A DNA stretch of 51,636 bases, from assembly GCA_049472295.1 (NCBI GenBank), contig JBLIRM010000001.1, positions 1 through 51,636 of the forward strand, given 5' to 3'. Both the position numbers and the translations under genes were made by a program. The notes beneath the pieces are model-generated. The model made no database searches. It saw only the letters and a list, made by a program, of their open reading frames with translations, and was not told the DNA's origin. This document shows positions 20,525-29,207 of this stretch, piece after piece. The DNA is from a bacterium (GTDB lineage Bacteria; SZUA-182; DTGQ01; JAFGSM01). Numbering within the stretch: the stretch's first letter is position 1; the number at the start of each line of letters is the position of its first letter.

Positions 20525-21322
20525 TCATATCGCAGGCGCTGTGAGTGTCAGATTGAAATTCCCGTAGTCGTCACTGAGCAGCTTGGTCAGGTCTTTGATA
20601 TAGTATGTACCCGTCATGGTCGTAGGACTGGTCAATGTGCATGTCAGGGTGATTTCATACAGGGTCACAGTAGTGGTAAGGATTAAAAGTGATGAAAATA
20701 CCGTATTATTTCCGCCGGTCAGGACAAATGAGGTGCCCCCATCATAGAGCCCGCTGATCTCTGCAGGTATGGAATTCGTAAACTTGTTGAGGATAAGGTT
20801 AACCTCACCGATCAAAGCGCCGTTTATCTCGTCTTCTATAAGGCTCATATTCATTATGCCTGCATTCAGCTTGATCAAACTGTACCAGGTGCCTGTCCAT
20901 GTGCCGGCCTGTTCAGCAGCCACAACCGGGGCAGCGGCCAGAGCGCCTTGACCCCCTATGTTAAGAAGGCCAAGATTGGATAATAGATTAAGGGAGCCAA
21001 ACATGCCTCCCAGGCCACCAAGGCCATAGAGCCCTCCACCAAGTCCATAAAGGCCTCCAAGACCGCCGTAAAGCCCACCCAGGCCATAAAGGCCGCTCAT
21101 TCCGTAGAGCCCGCCCAGGCCATACAAGCTGCTCATTCCATAGAGTCCACCATAGAGCCCCCCGAGGCCATAAAGACCGTAGCTCCCTGATCCGTAAAGA
21201 CTTGACCCATAATAGGCTTCGGCAGAATTCAAAGAGCTAAAGGTGAAAACAGAAAAACAGAGCATAATGATAAAAATAAAATAAAGGAATTTAACGCTCT
21301 CATCACTTACAATGCTAACCAT
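20525..21322 (-). CDS. Secreted protein with a (G/S)LYG low-complexity repeat tract and a beta-rich C-terminal domain
   Basis: Has a hydrophobic N-terminus ending ..SLNSAEA. A 73-residue tract follows, built only from G, L, Y, S, M and F (YYGSSLYGSGSYGLYGLGGLYGGLYGMSSLYGLGGLYG...). The last ~150 aa are T/L/N-rich (AGTWTGTWYS...). I recognise no family. Confidence 0.6.
   Translation of the reverse strand: MVSIVSDESVKFLYFIFIIMLCFSVFTFSSLNSAEAYYGSSLYGSGSYGLYGLGGLYGGLYGMSSLYGLGGLYGMSGLYGLGGLYGGLGGLYGLGGGLYGLGGLGGMFGSLNLLSNLGLLNIGGQGALAAAPVVAAEQAGTWTGTWYSLIKLNAGIMNMSLIEDEINGALIGEVNLILNKFTNSIPAEISGLYDGGTSFVLTGGNNTVFSSLLILTTTVTLYEITLTCTLTSPTTMTGTYYIKDLTKLLSDDYGNFNLTLTAPAI
20996..21214. repeat. Imperfect 12/15-nt tandem DNA repeats encoding the GLYG tract
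   Basis: Reiterated ggccataaag/ggccatagag/ccgtagag-type units are visible on the plus strand between ~21000 and ~21210. Confidence 0.7.
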
Positions 21323-21663
21323 CTCCGGCCTCCATCAACTTTTTTTAATAAAAAAATATAAACTTTCAGTCTTCTATGAATCAAAGCAATTACCATTCCA
21401 GATCACATTCGATGCCTCAGGTTATTTATTCTTCAAAAATATAATTTATATATAAAATATTATAATTATTTACAAGCAATAAAATGCCTCATGTATAAGA
21501 ATCATAGGGAATGTATAAAAAATATGAAAGGAATTCCCTTTTTAGAAGGGTTTCATATTATCTTATTTTGGTGTGCAAGATTTGAAAGGCTGATAGGTCA
21601 AAGAAGGGACCCTGTCATTTCGATTTTACCTCAATACAACCATAAGGACCTTTGTGGATCTGT

Positions 21664-22458
21664 TCAGTATACAAGCTGATTCAGGATTTCAGGGGTTGAA
21701 TCGACCTGCCAGATCCCTAAACGGGTCAGAGTAAAATCGTATCTCACGGGATCATCCGGAGTGATTCTCCGAAATGCACATGTGATTTCCCGGGCTGTTT
21801 TGATATCGGCCTGTCTCCTTTCGGTCATATGAAGGGCCAGACTAATCCTGTGCAGATGTGTATCAAGGGGTACAATTAGTTTGGAGGCAGGTACCCTTTC
21901 CCATCCCCCGGGGTCCACATCGTCCTCCCGTACCATCCAACGCAGAAAAAGGTTCATCCTTTTACATGCACTCCCTTTAAAGGGTGATGGAATCAGTGTA
22001 TTTTTCCTGCAAAGGTCCGAACCCATCAATCTCCGGGTAAATAATCCCAGGGCAGGAAACACGCTGCCATCCTCATCATTCAGACCTGTCCTAAAACACT
22101 CATAGAGAGAACCATATTCCTGAATGATCCGTTTGGCCCCAAAAAGCATGATCGACAAATCTTCACCTGTTGTGAATCGATGTTTAAAGTCCCTGAAGGT
22201 CAAACGGAGTGATTTCAATGAGGAAGAATTCAGAAAATAATAGGGTTCCGGCATCCGCTCAAGGACTGTTGATACGCTTTTCAGGATCTGTTCCACCCTG
22301 CCATAGGCAAGGGATGATGCGATAAGACCTACTATCTCCCGATCACTAAGATTTTCATAATGATAAAGAAACTCCAAAGGATCGGGATGAACATTTTCAC
22401 GACGGTTATGTGTCCGGTATAATGCTTCAAGCCTTATCTTGTTTATTTTTGGCCTCAT
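21664..22458 (-). CDS. TIGR02757/DUF2400 family protein (HhH-GPD-like fold)
   Basis: LIASSLAYGRVEQILKSV and IVPLDTHLHRISLAL match the DUF2400 pattern as I recall it. I prefer the ATG at 22458 (MRPKINKIRLEAL..) over the track start at 22539. Confidence 0.65.
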   Translation of the reverse strand: MRPKINKIRLEALYRTHNRRENVHPDPLEFLYHYENLSDREIVGLIASSLAYGRVEQILKSVSTVLERMPEPYYFLNSSSLKSLRLTFRDFKHRFTTGEDLSIMLFGAKRIIQEYGSLYECFRTGLNDEDGSVFPALGLFTRRLMGSDLCRKNTLIPSPFKGSACKRMNLFLRWMVREDDVDPGGWERVPASKLIVPLDTHLHRISLALHMTERRQADIKTAREITCAFRRITPDDPVRYDFTLTRLGIWQVDSTPEILNQLVY

Positions 22459-22797
22459 ATTCGCTTTTTGTATCTTTATATACTTTACACGAGCACAATT
22501 GCGTCTTTTGGAGCTCGCCGCAGAATTTGCAGAGAACAAAGAGATCGCGAAGAGATTTAATCAAAACCGCTGCATTCCCTGTGTTCTCTGTGGTTAAAAA
22601 ATCAATTTGTGACCATTTTAAGTATGATCTCTTTGGGTTTTGATTCCCCGAAGCCTTCTTCAAAATAAAAAAAATGTCTTTTCGAAAAAGGGTATTCATA
22701 ATATATGAAAACCGGGATTCATTTACAACCCATACCATGGATCTTACACTTTAAAACCCCAACATATTGGTAATAAAAGAAAAAGGACATCTAAATA

Positions 22798-22826
22798 TTG
22801 ACAGAATTATAGATACTTGTTATTAT
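22798..22826 (+). promoter_or_regulatory. Candidate sigma70 promoter, TTGACA-17-TATTAT, ~215 nt upstream of hisI
   Basis: TTGACA at 22798-22803, an exact 17-nt spacer, and TATTAT at 22821-22826. The AT-rich context raises the chance-match risk. Confidence 0.35.
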
Positions 22827-23042
22827 AATCATAGTGGGCTAATTTGTATTTATAAATATCTATATATGGCTTTATGTTGTTTTTTATAAGGCTTATCCCC
22901 TTTTATAAAAAGAAAAATCGTTTTTCACTGGTAGGTAGAAAACTGTCCTGTTCCTTTAATGAACCTATCTAAATGCACAATCCATTAGGAGTTAGGGAAT
23001 ATCAGGAATCCTTGAAAAACAGATCTGCAAGAAAGGCAGGAT

Positions 23043-23399
23043 ATGGCGTCTGAAAATAATGATGCGGTAAACTTTGTAGCCGGCATCAAATTTGACGAAA
23101 AAGGTCTGGTTCCGGCAATCATCCAGGATTACCAGAACGATCAGGTACTGATGATGGCTTATATGAATCAGGAATCATTGCTTGAAACAATAGAGTCCGG
23201 CAGAACCGTTTTTTGGAGTCGGTCCAGACAATGTATATGGAGAAAGGGAGAGACTTCGGGTAATATTCAAAGGGTGAAGGAATTATTTTATGACTGTGAT
23301 AAAGACACACTTCTTTTCAAGGTGGAGCAGGTAGGGGCGGCATGTCATACAGGAAATAGGTCATGTTTTTACCGTTGCTTAGAGGACATTAATTCTTGA
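23043..23399 (+). CDS. hisI: Phosphoribosyl-AMP cyclohydrolase
   Basis: 118 aa with [21 protein letters not shown] and DCD.D..L..V...G.ACHTG..SCF, the HisI Zn/Mg site. Confidence 0.9.
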   Translation: MASENNDAVNFVAGIKFDEKGLVPAIIQDYQNDQVLMMAYMNQESLLETIESGRTVFWSRSRQCIWRKGETSGNIQRVKELFYDCDKDTLLFKVEQVGAACHTGNRSCFYRCLEDINS

Positions 23400-23424
23400 C
23401 TTTTTAGAAACATTTCGATATAAT
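23396..23424 (+). promoter_or_regulatory. Candidate sigma70 promoter for rpsU, TTGACT-17-TATAAT
   Basis: TTGACT at 23396-23401 overlaps the hisI stop codon. A 17-nt spacer precedes a consensus TATAAT at 23419-23424, ~70 nt upstream of the rpsU start. Confidence 0.55.
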
Positions 23425-23494
23425 TGTAGTTTAAATCAATTCAAGAAAACACTTTTAAATATACGATATATGAATGTGGAGGGAGGGATAATGA

Positions 23495-23677
23495 TTGCCG
23501 GTTGTGAGACCAAAAGAGGACGAGTCCTTTGAGAGTTTGCTTAAACGCTTTAAGAAGACGAGTGAAAAGGCAGGAATCCTGGCAGAATACAAAAAAAGAG
23601 AGCATTATGAGAAACCGAGCACCAGGAAAAAAAGAAAGGCATTAGCAGCAAAAAAAAAGGCCCTGAGAAGAAGATAA
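23495..23677 (+). CDS. rpsU: 30S ribosomal protein S21
   Basis: (M)[46 protein letters not shown] is typical S21. TTG start with GGAGGGAGGG upstream. Confidence 0.9.
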   Translation: MPVVRPKEDESFESLLKRFKKTSEKAGILAEYKKREHYEKPSTRKKRKALAAKKKALRRR

Positions 23678-23854
23678 TCAGCCATATTTTATCCTAAAAT
23701 TCAGCGATTTTTTTTAATTAGCGTAAAAATCTTTACCCTAAGAAATGGAACCAAACAATAGCAAGAGTCGTGTTTATGAATTTTGCTGACCTTAAATAAT
23801 TCAGGGGTGAGGCCATTTTAGGGCAAAGACCACCATATATGATTGAGCCAGCGA

Positions 23855-23890
23855 GGATTCGGGTCCTAGGCCACCCGAGTCCTTTTTTTT
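23855..23890 (+). terminator. Rho-independent terminator
   Basis: GGATTCGGGT (23855-23864) pairs with ACCCGAGTCC (23873-23882), one G-U pair, across an 8-nt loop. It is followed by T8 (23883-23890). Confidence 0.75.
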
Positions 23891-23926
23891 GCCTCCTTTA
23901 ATCCTTTTTCTTAGTAGTCAGTCGAT

Positions 23927-24883
23927 ATGCGTCTAAAACAGATATACGATCATATTATCCAGATAGGCATAAATAATGACCCACGCGGGCAAGATGGGAT
24001 ACAAAGGATCCTTGAAGCCACTCAAAAGGAGTATGAAGGCCTCAAGGATAATGAGAAAACACATTTTGACCTGGAGAGGCTCAAGAATCCCTTTGCGGAT
24101 ACAAGGATTCTTAATGGAGATCCCGAAACTGATGTGAAGACAGTACTCTCCGGGATAGACATGGAGGTAGGGGAAATCCTTTTAGCCGAAAGATTGAGAG
24201 AAAAAGGCAGGTCCATCGACGCGATTATTTCTCATCACCCGGAAGGGGAAGCCCTGGCGGCCTTTTATCGGGTCATGAGTTTACAGGCCGATATTCTGAA
24301 CCAATTGGGTGTATCCATTACGGTTGCCGAGGCCCTTCTCGAAGAGAGGATGAAAGAAGTCGCCCGAAAAATCATGCCAATAAACCACAACCGCGCTGTG
24401 ATGGCTGCTCAACTTCTGGATATCCCCTTTTTATGCTGTCATACCCCTGCGGATAATTCAGTTTACGCCTATCTTCAAGATATGTTTAACAAAAAAGGGC
24501 CTTACCTGGTGGGCGATGTTTTGGACCTTCTCATGGAAATCCCCGAGTATCGTCACCAGGCAAAGATGAACGCCGGGCCAAAAATTCTGATAGGCAGTAA
24601 AGACAAAAGGTGCGGTAAGATCTTTGTGGACATGACAGGAGGCACTGAGGGATCAAAGGCGATTTATCAGAATCTTGCACAAGAGGGATTGGGCACTATT
24701 GTGGCAATGCATCTGAGCGAGGAACACAGGAAAGAGGCAGAAGCCTGTCATCTCAATGTCGTGGTTGCCGGTCATATTGCAAGCGACAGCCTTGGAATGA
24801 ACCTTGTCTTTGACCAATTACGCAAGCATGATCGTCTCGAGGTGATACCCTGCTCCGGATTGGTTTACAATGCAAGGGCATAA
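23927..24883 (+). CDS. NIF3 (DUF34)-related dinuclear-metal-centre protein, divergent long paralog
   Basis: 318 aa. The NIF3 metal-ligand motifs appear in order: ISHHPEGE, CCHTPADN, AGHIASDS. Confidence 0.65.
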   Translation: MRLKQIYDHIIQIGINNDPRGQDGIQRILEATQKEYEGLKDNEKTHFDLERLKNPFADTRILNGDPETDVKTVLSGIDMEVGEILLAERLREKGRSIDAIISHHPEGEALAAFYRVMSLQADILNQLGVSITVAEALLEERMKEVARKIMPINHNRAVMAAQLLDIPFLCCHTPADNSVYAYLQDMFNKKGPYLVGDVLDLLMEIPEYRHQAKMNAGPKILIGSKDKRCGKIFVDMTGGTEGSKAIYQNLAQEGLGTIVAMHLSEEHRKEAEACHLNVVVAGHIASDSLGMNLVFDQLRKHDRLEVIPCSGLVYNARA

Positions 24884-24902
24884 CGGCCCGAATTCTTTTT
24901 TA

Positions 24903-27302
24903 ATGGATAATCATTCACTGGATGTCTTAGAATTCGATGCGGTACGGGAAAGATTGTCGTCTTTTGCCTGTTCCGAGCCAGGGAAAAAACTCTGCCTGAA
25001 TATTTCTCCGAAACAGGCAAAGCCAGAAATAGAGCAGGAATTACTAGAGGTACAGCAGACAAAAGAGGCCGTTTCAATCCATGGTCGGCTTCCCCTTTCA
25101 GGACTCATGGATATCAATCCATACCTGGCAAAATCAGACCAAAACGGGATATGTTTGGACCTCCCGGAGCTTCTGGAGATTGAAAAATTTTTGGATCTGG
25201 TTCACGAAGTGATCCAATGGTTCTCTCAGATCACTGAGGCATATTCAAGCCTGACCCTTTTTGGGGATCAACTGATTCCTTTAAAGGCATTGAAGAATAA
25301 ACTGATTGCCTGTATCGATCCTTTAGGAAATGTGAAGGATTCAGCCAGCCCGTTACTCGGGAAAATCCGCACACAGATCAGGCGTGAGAAGGAGAAGATT
25401 CTCCATATATTGGAGGGCTTTCTGAAGGAAGAATCCGGCCAGGAGGCGCTTCAAGGAGATTTCATTACACTGCGCAATGATCGTTATGTCATTCCTGTAA
25501 AGGCTGGCAGAAAAGGGATGATCGAGGGTATTGTCCATGATGAATCTGGCAGTGGTGCGACCCTTTTTATCGAACCGATAACCTCTGTGGAGGCACAAAA
25601 CAGTTATAGAAGACTGAAAATTAAAGAGAAGGAAGAAATCAAAAGGATATTTTTTGAACTGAGTCGTTCCGTATCGGAACATTCCGAAGCACTGAGTAAA
25701 AATCTGGAGATCCTGACAAAACTGGATTTCATACAGGCAAAGGCAATGTTCAGCCAAGCCATCGAAGGTATTGCACCAAGCATAAGTCCTGAGCCTCAGA
25801 TCCGTCTCAAAGGTGCAAGGCATGCCCTCCTGATATTCAGGCATATGGATTCCCCAAATATGGGCTCTGAACCTGTAGCCATCGACATCGAGCTGGACCA
25901 GGATACCAGGTCCTTAGTCATCAGCGGCCCGAATACAGGGGGAAAAACCGTTACATTAAAGATGGTTGGACTGCTCCAGATCATGATGCAGTCGGGATTG
26001 CATATACCCGCAAAGGAAGGGACCGAACTCGGCATTTTCAACGAGGTTCTTGCGGATATCGGGGATGAGCAGGATATCGAAAAGGATCTTTCTTCCTTTT
26101 CTTCGCACATTAAAAATCTGACCCGAATTTTGAAAAATGTGGGTCCAAGCAGCATTGTCCTGCTGGATGAACTCGGTTCGGATACCAATCCGACCGAAGG
26201 CGCAGCCATAGGAATTGCGGTTTTGGAATATATCTTAAAAAGGGGATCCCTGTGTCTTGTCACAACCCATCATAATGGGCTCAAGGCATATGCATCTTCT
26301 CACCACGGTGAGGTGAAGAATGCATCCATGGGATTCGACTCCGAAAACAAAACGCCTACCTACAGATTGCATATAGGCTATCCGGGCAGCAGTAATGCCC
26401 TTGGGATTGGTGCCAAATTGGGCCTGCCCGCAGAAATCCTTGAAAGCGCCCGTATGCATATGGGTAGGGGTGAGGTTCAACTGGAGAATCTCTTATGCAG
26501 ACTTGAACAGCAGGAGAAAGGATTAACAGAGAAAATCGATCAACAGGAAAAGATTCTGGATGAGACAAGGTCGATTCGGGAGAGATATACACACCTCCTG
26601 TCCGATCTGGAGGAAAAAGAGGCACGGATGGCAAAAGATGCCGGTTCCCGAGTGCAGGCCATTGTTGATAATGCACGAAAAGAGATCGAAAGGGTGATTG
26701 CGGAATTGAAGCGATCCACACCAACCAGCAAGGCCATCAAAGATGCGCATCAGGATCTGAAGGCGGTGGCAAAGAGATATTCACCTTCATCGTCCGGGGA
26801 TATCACTCACAAGGGCCTCGAAATCGAAAAGATTGCTGTTGGTCAGCCTGTGATTATATGTGATCTCAAAGAAAAGGGCATAGTCAGTCGTGTGGACCAG
26901 GAAGAGAATAAGGTTTGGGTCATGGTGGGGCCTTTGAAATTTCAGGTCAAGGCAGATGAACTGAAGCCTGCAGAAGCCTCCGTTCATAGGAAGGGCAGGG
27001 ATGAGGTCTCCGCCGGCAGAAGGGTGCACATGTCTTCCTCCGTATCCGTTAAAGAGGTCAGCCCCAAACTGGTGGTCATCGGCCAAAGGGTCGATGATGC
27101 GCTTCAAAATATAGATAAATACCTTGACAATGCGATTATGGCGCGATTTTCTTCAGTCTCCATAATCCACGGGAAGGGGACCGGGAGACTCAAAAAGGCG
27201 ATCGAGACATTTCTGACCTCTCATCCTCTGGTGGCCTCTTTTAAAGGGGGCACACCACAAGAGGGCGGGGCAGGGGTGACCATCGTAGAGTTGGTATCGT
27301 AG
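24903..27302 (+). CDS. mutS2: Endonuclease MutS2 (MutS ATPase plus C-terminal Smr domain)
   Basis: Walker A (ISGPNTGGKTVTLK), DELGSDTNPTEG, a long coiled-coil linker and a C-terminal Smr domain (IIHGKGTGRLKKAI). I prefer the ATG at 24903 (MDNHSLDVLEFD). Confidence 0.9.
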   Translation: MDNHSLDVLEFDAVRERLSSFACSEPGKKLCLNISPKQAKPEIEQELLEVQQTKEAVSIHGRLPLSGLMDINPYLAKSDQNGICLDLPELLEIEKFLDLVHEVIQWFSQITEAYSSLTLFGDQLIPLKALKNKLIACIDPLGNVKDSASPLLGKIRTQIRREKEKILHILEGFLKEESGQEALQGDFITLRNDRYVIPVKAGRKGMIEGIVHDESGSGATLFIEPITSVEAQNSYRRLKIKEKEEIKRIFFELSRSVSEHSEALSKNLEILTKLDFIQAKAMFSQAIEGIAPSISPEPQIRLKGARHALLIFRHMDSPNMGSEPVAIDIELDQDTRSLVISGPNTGGKTVTLKMVGLLQIMMQSGLHIPAKEGTELGIFNEVLADIGDEQDIEKDLSSFSSHIKNLTRILKNVGPSSIVLLDELGSDTNPTEGAAIGIAVLEYILKRGSLCLVTTHHNGLKAYASSHHGEVKNASMGFDSENKTPTYRLHIGYPGSSNALGIGAKLGLPAEILESARMHMGRGEVQLENLLCRLEQQEKGLTEKIDQQEKILDETRSIRERYTHLLSDLEEKEARMAKDAGSRVQAIVDNARKEIERVIAELKRSTPTSKAIKDAHQDLKAVAKRYSPSSSGDITHKGLEIEKIAVGQPVIICDLKEKGIVSRVDQEENKVWVMVGPLKFQVKADELKPAEASVHRKGRDEVSAGRRVHMSSSVSVKEVSPKLVVIGQRVDDALQNIDKYLDNAIMARFSSVSIIHGKGTGRLKKAIETFLTSHPLVASFKGGTPQEGGAGVTIVELVS

Positions 27303-27312
27303 GGGGAGGAAG

Positions 27313-29094
27313 ATGGCCATTAACGAGAATGATAACACCCAGGCCGAGATACTCCAGAGGATCGATATCATAGACCTGATATCCGAATATGTAAACCTCA
27401 AAAAAAGAGGAAAAAATTATACAGGGCTATGCCCTTTTCATTCTGAGAAGACCCCTTCTTTTCATGTGGACAAGGAAAAACAGCTTTTCTACTGTTTCGG
27501 ATGTCATATAGGTGGTAACGCCATCACCTTTTTAATGAAGATAGAGAATCTGGCATTCCCTGAAGCCCTGGAGCGCCTGGCCAGAAGATGCGGATTAACG
27601 CTTTCGAAAGGCAAGGGAAAGAATTCAGGGGCATCATCCAGTGAAAAGCAGCAGATCCTGGAGATTAACCTGGCTGCAAAGGGATATTTTGAAAGGAAAT
27701 TGTGGGCAGGAGGACCCGGATTACATTATTTACGAAAAAGGGGACTGGAAGAGGATCTGATCAAGGCATTCGGACTGGGATTCGCCATTGATTCGTGGGA
27801 CGGGCTGCTTTCCCATCTGAAGCAATCCTGCCCCATAAAACTCTTGCTCAAGGCAGGGCTGATCTGTACAAGAAAAAATGATACAGGTTATTATGACCGT
27901 TTCAGGAAGCGTGTCATTTTTCCGATACATAACATTTACGGGGATGTTTGTGGTTTTGGAGGCCGGTTGATCGAGCATTCCGAAGAAGCTCCCAAATATC
28001 TGAATTCCCCGGAGACTCCGGCATACTCAAAGGGACAGGGATTTTACGGCTTGTATCTGGCAAAAGAGGGCATCCGCCAGGCAAAACAGGCGATTATTGT
28101 TGAGGGTTACCTGGATTTGCTCACCCTGTTTCAAGCCGGTTTCAGGAATGTCATAGCGACCCTGGGTACGGCTCTGACATTAAATCAGGTCCGGCTTTTA
28201 AAGCGATACACAAACCATGTCATCCTGGTGTTCGACTCGGATCTTGCCGGATTGAAAGCAACCGAGCGAGGCATAGAGCTTTTTCTGGAACAGGGGATGG
28301 ATGTGAGGGTGGCCATTCTGCCTGCGGGAAAGGACCCTGACAGTTTGATCAGGGAAGAGGGCAAGGAGAGATTTGCGCAGAGCATCCAAGTGGCCCAGCC
28401 CTTTATCGATTTCTTACTTAACTCTCAAGGAGAGGTCAAAGGGGAGGTGATAGGACAGAAAAAGGTTGAAAAAACGGACCAGATTTGCCATTTCTTGGCA
28501 AAAGTAGGGAACCCCCTTGAACGAGACGGATATATTCACTATACCGCGCAGAAAGTGGGGATCTCGGAGGATGCCATCAGGCAGCGGCTTAAGCAAATCC
28601 AAGGACCTGTGAAATCTGTCCGGGTACGGCCCCACTGCAACCCGGAGGTGCTTTCCTCCTCAAAGAATGGAGGATCTGTTGAAAGGCTGCTCATCAAACT
28701 CGTATTGGAGCTGGGGGCCCCATCCAAGTTTATCCTGCAAAATGTGGATGAAACTGATTTTAAGGACCCCGAAATGAGAACATTGGCGGGTATGATCCTG
28801 GACCAATGGCGGCAAGGGTTTTCCATAGAGCCCCGTCATTTTTTAATGAATCTGGAATCAGAAAGGCAGAAGGAACTGTTTTCACAAGTAATGATCGGCA
28901 CGGAAACCTTCGAGGATCCCGAACAGGCGGTTCAGGACTGCATCAAAAAAATTCGTCAGGAAAGGATCCACCAACAGTTGAAAGGGATCAAGCAGAAATT
29001 GGACTCGGAGGTATTGTCAAAGGACGAAGAGGATATTCTTCTGGAGGAATACCGTCGGTTAAAAAAGAACGCTTGTACCTTTAACTTTGTATAG
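27313..29094 (+). CDS. dnaG: DNA primase
   Basis: Zinc ribbon CPFHSEKTPSFHV..CFGCH, a TOPRIM domain (IIVEGYLDLL.., VFDSDLAG) and a C-terminal helicase-interaction region. Confidence 0.95.
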   Translation: MAINENDNTQAEILQRIDIIDLISEYVNLKKRGKNYTGLCPFHSEKTPSFHVDKEKQLFYCFGCHIGGNAITFLMKIENLAFPEALERLARRCGLTLSKGKGKNSGASSSEKQQILEINLAAKGYFERKLWAGGPGLHYLRKRGLEEDLIKAFGLGFAIDSWDGLLSHLKQSCPIKLLLKAGLICTRKNDTGYYDRFRKRVIFPIHNIYGDVCGFGGRLIEHSEEAPKYLNSPETPAYSKGQGFYGLYLAKEGIRQAKQAIIVEGYLDLLTLFQAGFRNVIATLGTALTLNQVRLLKRYTNHVILVFDSDLAGLKATERGIELFLEQGMDVRVAILPAGKDPDSLIREEGKERFAQSIQVAQPFIDFLLNSQGEVKGEVIGQKKVEKTDQICHFLAKVGNPLERDGYIHYTAQKVGISEDAIRQRLKQIQGPVKSVRVRPHCNPEVLSSSKNGGSVERLLIKLVLELGAPSKFILQNVDETDFKDPEMRTLAGMILDQWRQGFSIEPRHFLMNLESERQKELFSQVMIGTETFEDPEQAVQDCIKKIRQERIHQQLKGIKQKLDSEVLSKDEEDILLEEYRRLKKNACTFNFV

Positions 29095-29101
29095 GATTTT
29101 T

Positions 29102-29130
29102 TTGAAAAATTATCCTATAAAGTTTATATT
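29102..29130 (+). promoter_or_regulatory. Candidate sigma70 promoter for rpoD, TTGAAA-17-TATATT
   Basis: TTGAAA at 29102-29107, a 17-nt spacer, and TATATT at 29125-29130, in the 113-nt dnaG-rpoD spacer. Confidence 0.4.
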
Positions 29131-29207
29131 ATAATATAGCTTTTTTATTTTTCAACAAACCGATAGAGCAAAAGAATTTGAAATTCGACATGATGAAAGG
29201 AGCCAGA

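Noticed and set aside
21505-21545. Hairpin AGGGAAT..ATTCCCT followed by T5 in the spacer between the GLYG gene and the TIGR02757-like gene
   Set aside because: The stem is only 7 bp with a ~20-nt AT-rich loop. It is oriented for a plus-strand transcript although no plus-strand gene ends there. This is too weak to call a terminator.
22427-22738. 103-aa ORF upstream of, and overlapping, the TIGR02757-like gene
   Set aside because: It lies in an AT-rich region, has a Lys/Phe-rich low-information translation, overlaps the neighbouring gene's 5' end in another frame, and has no RBS.
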